NCBI GenBank assembly: GCA_036867785.1
Contig: CP145423.1
Location: forward strand, 496,001 to 560,000
Length of the DNA stretch: 64,000 nucleotides
DNA from: Plasmodiophora brassicae
Taxonomy: Eukaryota
Reading direction: 5' to 3'
Part shown: positions 60,566 through 64,000 of the stretch, piece by piece
Layout of the letters: the number at the start of each line of letters is the position of its first letter
Position numbering within the stretch: the first letter of the stretch is position 1
The notes under the pieces: generated by a model
What the model was told of the DNA's origin: nothing
What the model saw: the letters and a program-made list of their open reading frames with translations, nothing else
Database searches by the model: none
Translations under genes and position numbers: made by a program

Positions 60566-61065
60566 GCTGTCGCCCATTTCGGCGCGGACGAAACACTGCG
60601 ACGGCGCGCCGCCGACCCGCCGCCGCTAAATTATCGGTCTGCTGCGCCTGCGCCCCGCCGGTAGCCCGTTCCAGAAGGCGGCGCCGCCTCGCGATTCCAG
60701 AACAACAGCGGCAACAGGGCGGCCACGTCAGTCACAGCCAGGCAAGCCCATCGACGAATGTGGGGGGTGGGGGCACCCGGCCTCCCCGTGACTCATCACG
60801 CCCTGCTGCCCCTTCGGGTGTGGACGTCCGAATATGGAGGGTCGTTGGAACACGCGCGCGCGCCCGCAGAAAAGTACACGGCGCGCCGGTCTGCAGCTCG
60901 GTGTGTGTGTTGGACTGTGGGGGGCGCACGCCGTCCAGTCGGCGCGTGTCTGCAGCTCCGGACCGACGACGCCGCGCAACGCCGTCGCGCGGCGTCACGG
61001 GGTAACGGTGCGACGCGGCCCCCGCCAATGCAGTCCCGACTGCGGGCGCAGCTCGCCGTGGCGTC

Positions 61066-63522
61066 ATGGACGTCTGGCGCCGCCTCCAAGTCACCGCGCG
61101 CCGATCGGTGGCGTCCCGGGCGCATCATTCGACCGTTGCGGATCGCTCGGCGCCCGGGCGGTGTCAGGCGTTCGCGGATCGACCCACGATCCCGCTGGCG
61201 GTGGCCACGTTGTCGCAGGAGACGGACGCCGATCGCGGATGGGACGTGTACCGACGCGCGCTGCCGGGCGCGGACACCCGACTGTTCCAGGCCATGATGT
61301 GGTTCTGCATGCGGCACGCGCCGGCGAAGGCCCCGGAGGTGATGCAGGCGGCGGCCGCATCCGGGATCCAGGATCGCCCGTTGCTGATCGCGTTCCTGGG
61401 CGCCTGTCGAGCCGCGTCGCCTCCGATGATGGCGGAGGCCCTGGCGGCGTACGCGTCATCCGGCCCCGGATGCGACGACCGCCTCCTCTACGACCTCGCT
61501 GACATCTGCCGGCGGGCCGGCCGTCCCTGCGCCGCCCTATCGCTCGTCTCGGACGCCATCGACAAGAACGTCAGGTTCGGACCCGGCCTCCTGTCCATGT
61601 TCGCGGCGTGCTGCGCGGCGGCCGGCAGCGAGTCCCCCGACGCCGCCGCCGCCGCCGCCGAGCAACTGCTCAACGTCGTCCGTTCGAACCTGGCCCCCCC
61701 GCCGGACAAGCCGCCGTTCTTCGTCAACGTCGCCAAAGCCCTACTCGCGCATCGTCGCTTTGACTCGGCCGCGTCCGTCCTCACGTTGATGGAGGCGCAC
61801 AACGTCCCGCCGGGGATCCAGATCTACACGCTGATCCTCGCCGGCCTCGCCAGGGCGAATCGCTCCCGTCAGGCGATGGCCGTGTTCCACGCCATGGTGC
61901 GGCGAGGCGTCCCCGTTGACGCGCCCGTGTTCACGTTGCTCGTCAACGCGTGCGGCCGGTGCCGGGACCTGGACGCGCTGCGGTCGCTGCATGCGCACGC
62001 GTACCAGCGGCCGGCTCTGCTGGACGACATTGGCGCCTGCTCGCTGATGTTCGCCTACGATCGTTGCTGGGCGCTGGACGCCGCCGAGCGGATGTTCCTG
62101 GAGCGGTGCGCCGTGTCGGCACCGACGACGGCGATGCTCCACGTGATGATCGTGGCGTACCGGCGCCATGGGCGCCTGGGTGTCGCCGTCGACACGTTCG
62201 AGCGCATGAAGGCGTCCGGGGTGCCGATCCCCGACAGGACACGCCAGAACATGCTCTGCGTGTATTCCAAGGCGGGCCTGGTTGACGAGGCGCTGGACCT
62301 GTTCCGGTCGGCGACGACGAACGTTGACACGTCCGCCTTCGTCATGCTGGTGCAGGCGTGCGCGCGGGATCGTCCCGCGCTCGCCGACCTGCACCGGCAC
62401 GCCATGGAGCGGTCGCTGATGCGTCAGGACGACGTTCTGGTTGCGTTCGTGTCCGCGTACCAGCACGCGGGCGACCTGCCCGCTATCCAGAACCTGCAGG
62501 CGTATGCGTCGGGGACGCTCTTCTGGCAGCACGATGCGGTTCGCAGCGCGTTCATCCTGGCGTACGCGTACTGCAGCAGTATCGACCTGGCCGAACGCGT
62601 GTTCGACGACCGGCGCGCGTCCTGCCTGACGTCCATGGTCGCCGCGTACGCCCAGCACGGGCTCCTGCCGGAAGCCATGGGCGCCTTCCGTCAGTTCACA
62701 GGGGCCGGGTTGCGGCCGAACAGCAACGTGATCGGGCACCTCCTCCAAGCGTGCGCCCGTGCTGGCGCCCTGCACGAGGCAGCGGATCTCGTCTCGGCGC
62801 ACGGTGCCCATTGGGCGCCGGGCCATGCCGTGCACGTCGTCGACCTGTACGGCAGGATCGGCGACCTGGACCACGCCGAGCGCCTCGCTGCCGACGACCT
62901 GCTGTCGCTGATGACCGTTCTCGCCGCTTGCCGATCGCACAAAGACGTGGCTCGTGCCGAACGCGTTCTGGGCCGGATCCGATCGACGGCGCTGTCGCCG
63001 GCGAACGTGCTGGCGGCCGCCTACCGCATCATGTCGGACGTGTACGCGAGCGTTGGCCGTGCTGGCGATGTCGCCCAGCTGCACGACGAGATGCGGGCGA
63101 GGAACCTGACGGTTGTCCCCGGGAGGACCACGGTCATCGTCGACGACCGCGCCGTGCACTTCCGGTCCGGCGACGACGCACACGACCCGAACCTTCGCGA
63201 CGCCCATCGACGTCTGATGAAGGACCTCGAAGCGCACGGGTACGCCACTGACCCGTGCACGGTCGTGTCCAGCGAATCGCCGCTGGACGCGCGACGATCC
63301 GTTCGCGGGCACAGCGAGAAGCTCGCGCTAGCGTTCGCGCTCAGCGCCCCTCTGCCGGCGGGCGCCCCGATCCGCCTGGCGAAAACCACACGGGTCTGCC
63401 CCGATTGCCACGACGCCGCCAAGCGCGTCTCCCAGATCTACGACCGCGACGTCTACCTGCGGGACGAACGACGGCATCACCGGTTCCGGGACGGCCAGTG
63501 CTCCTGTGGAGACGTCTGGTAG
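61066..63522 (+). CDS. DYW-type pentatricopeptide-repeat protein (PPR array, E-like region, DYW deaminase), intronless
   Basis: PPR motifs (IYTLILAGLA...FHAMVRRGVP; LTSMVAAYAQHG...GLRPN; HVVDLYGRIG), PG box (VPGRTTV), HSEKLA, RVCPDCH and RD..RHHRFRDGQCSCGDVW*. Confidence 0.95.
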   Translation: MDVWRRLQVTARRSVASRAHHSTVADRSAPGRCQAFADRPTIPLAVATLSQETDADRGWDVYRRALPGADTRLFQAMMWFCMRHAPAKAPEVMQAAAASGIQDRPLLIAFLGACRAASPPMMAEALAAYASSGPGCDDRLLYDLADICRRAGRPCAALSLVSDAIDKNVRFGPGLLSMFAACCAAAGSESPDAAAAAAEQLLNVVRSNLAPPPDKPPFFVNVAKALLAHRRFDSAASVLTLMEAHNVPPGIQIYTLILAGLARANRSRQAMAVFHAMVRRGVPVDAPVFTLLVNACGRCRDLDALRSLHAHAYQRPALLDDIGACSLMFAYDRCWALDAAERMFLERCAVSAPTTAMLHVMIVAYRRHGRLGVAVDTFERMKASGVPIPDRTRQNMLCVYSKAGLVDEALDLFRSATTNVDTSAFVMLVQACARDRPALADLHRHAMERSLMRQDDVLVAFVSAYQHAGDLPAIQNLQAYASGTLFWQHDAVRSAFILAYAYCSSIDLAERVFDDRRASCLTSMVAAYAQHGLLPEAMGAFRQFTGAGLRPNSNVIGHLLQACARAGALHEAADLVSAHGAHWAPGHAVHVVDLYGRIGDLDHAERLAADDLLSLMTVLAACRSHKDVARAERVLGRIRSTALSPANVLAAAYRIMSDVYASVGRAGDVAQLHDEMRARNLTVVPGRTTVIVDDRAVHFRSGDDAHDPNLRDAHRRLMKDLEAHGYATDPCTVVSSESPLDARRSVRGHSEKLALAFALSAPLPAGAPIRLAKTTRVCPDCHDAAKRVSQIYDRDVYLRDERRHHRFRDGQCSCGDVW

Positions 63523-63708
63523 CGCGTTGACAATAATAAGCAGTCGACATCATCAGTCCGGGTGGAGTGGCACAACAACACAGGGTACTGTACATACGTT
63601 GGCCTTGCCGGGGACGATGGGGCTGGGACGGTCAGCGATCCGGAAGGTACCCACAGTCAGACGGGCGTATTTGGGCGGTGGTGGCGTGGACCGTCGTCGA
63701 CGACGCCC

Positions 63709-64000
63709 ATGTCGTGTCCGGCCCCTGACTTTGAGGGCGCCTATCGCCTCGTGCACGGCCAGCTGCTGGCGCTGCCGCCGACCCTGTCGTACCATTCGAT
63801 TCACCACACGTTCCAGGACGTGCTGCCGTGCTGCATCCAGCTGGCCCAGGAAGAGGGCCTGACGCCTGAACGGACGCTCCTCGTCAAAACCGCTGCGCTC
63901 TTCCACGACACAGGGTACGCGTTGCCGCGTGTTCGGAACCGGCCGCCAGCCTCACCACATGCACGCAGGTTCCTTGACCAGTACGACAAGAACGAGCCGT
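63709..64000 (+). CDS. HD-domain metal-dependent phosphohydrolase (partial, runs off the window)
   Basis: LSYHSIHHT..DVL...EEG...LLVKTAALFHDTG|FLDQYDKNE. GT-AG intron at about 63915-63968. Absent from the ORF track. Confidence 0.8.
   Translation, partial: MSCPAPDFEGAYRLVHGQLLALPPTLSYHSIHHTFQDVLPCCIQLAQEEGLTPERTLLVKTAALFHDTGYALPRVRNRPPASPHARRFLDQYDKNEP

Noticed and set aside
61741-63312. 523-aa antisense ORF (and similar ones at 44675-45970, 37672-38943, 2514-3569 and 21471-22397)
   Set aside because: Shadow ORFs caused by high GC3 on the opposite strand of recognisable genes.
1-64000. tRNA or rRNA genes
   Set aside because: None recognised by eye. tRNAscan-SE or Rfam was not run, so small RNAs could have been missed.

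Overview
Gene-dense, GC-rich eukaryotic nuclear DNA with very short (about 50-60 nt) GT-AG introns and tiny intergenic gaps. It contains ciliary genes (TBC1D31, Rab23, Tctex1) and secreted effector-like ORFs. This fits a flagellated phytomyxid protist such as Plasmodiophora, but that assignment is inferred, not verified. About 28 protein genes are supportable, including DGAT2, a ZIP transporter, MPS1, a GT61 glycosyltransferase, STRAP, RPS10, RRP36, an HSF, DPH5, a ceramide synthase and two aminotransferases. There are also two local segmental duplications with pseudogenes, a TA-flanked MITE, transposon-like relics and two inverted duplications. The most striking features are three apparently mitochondrion-targeted genes: an intronless plant-type PPR-DYW protein with an intact cytidine-deaminase signature, an intronless bacterial-type NAD+-dependent DNA ligase with several eroded catalytic motifs, and a bacterial-type TilS. 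Other oddities are a PUB-CAP fusion, a signal peptide-F-box-ankyrin protein, a secreted peptide-repeat protein and a pair of tiny CaaX-ending ORFs. Exon boundaries were read by eye and are approximate.
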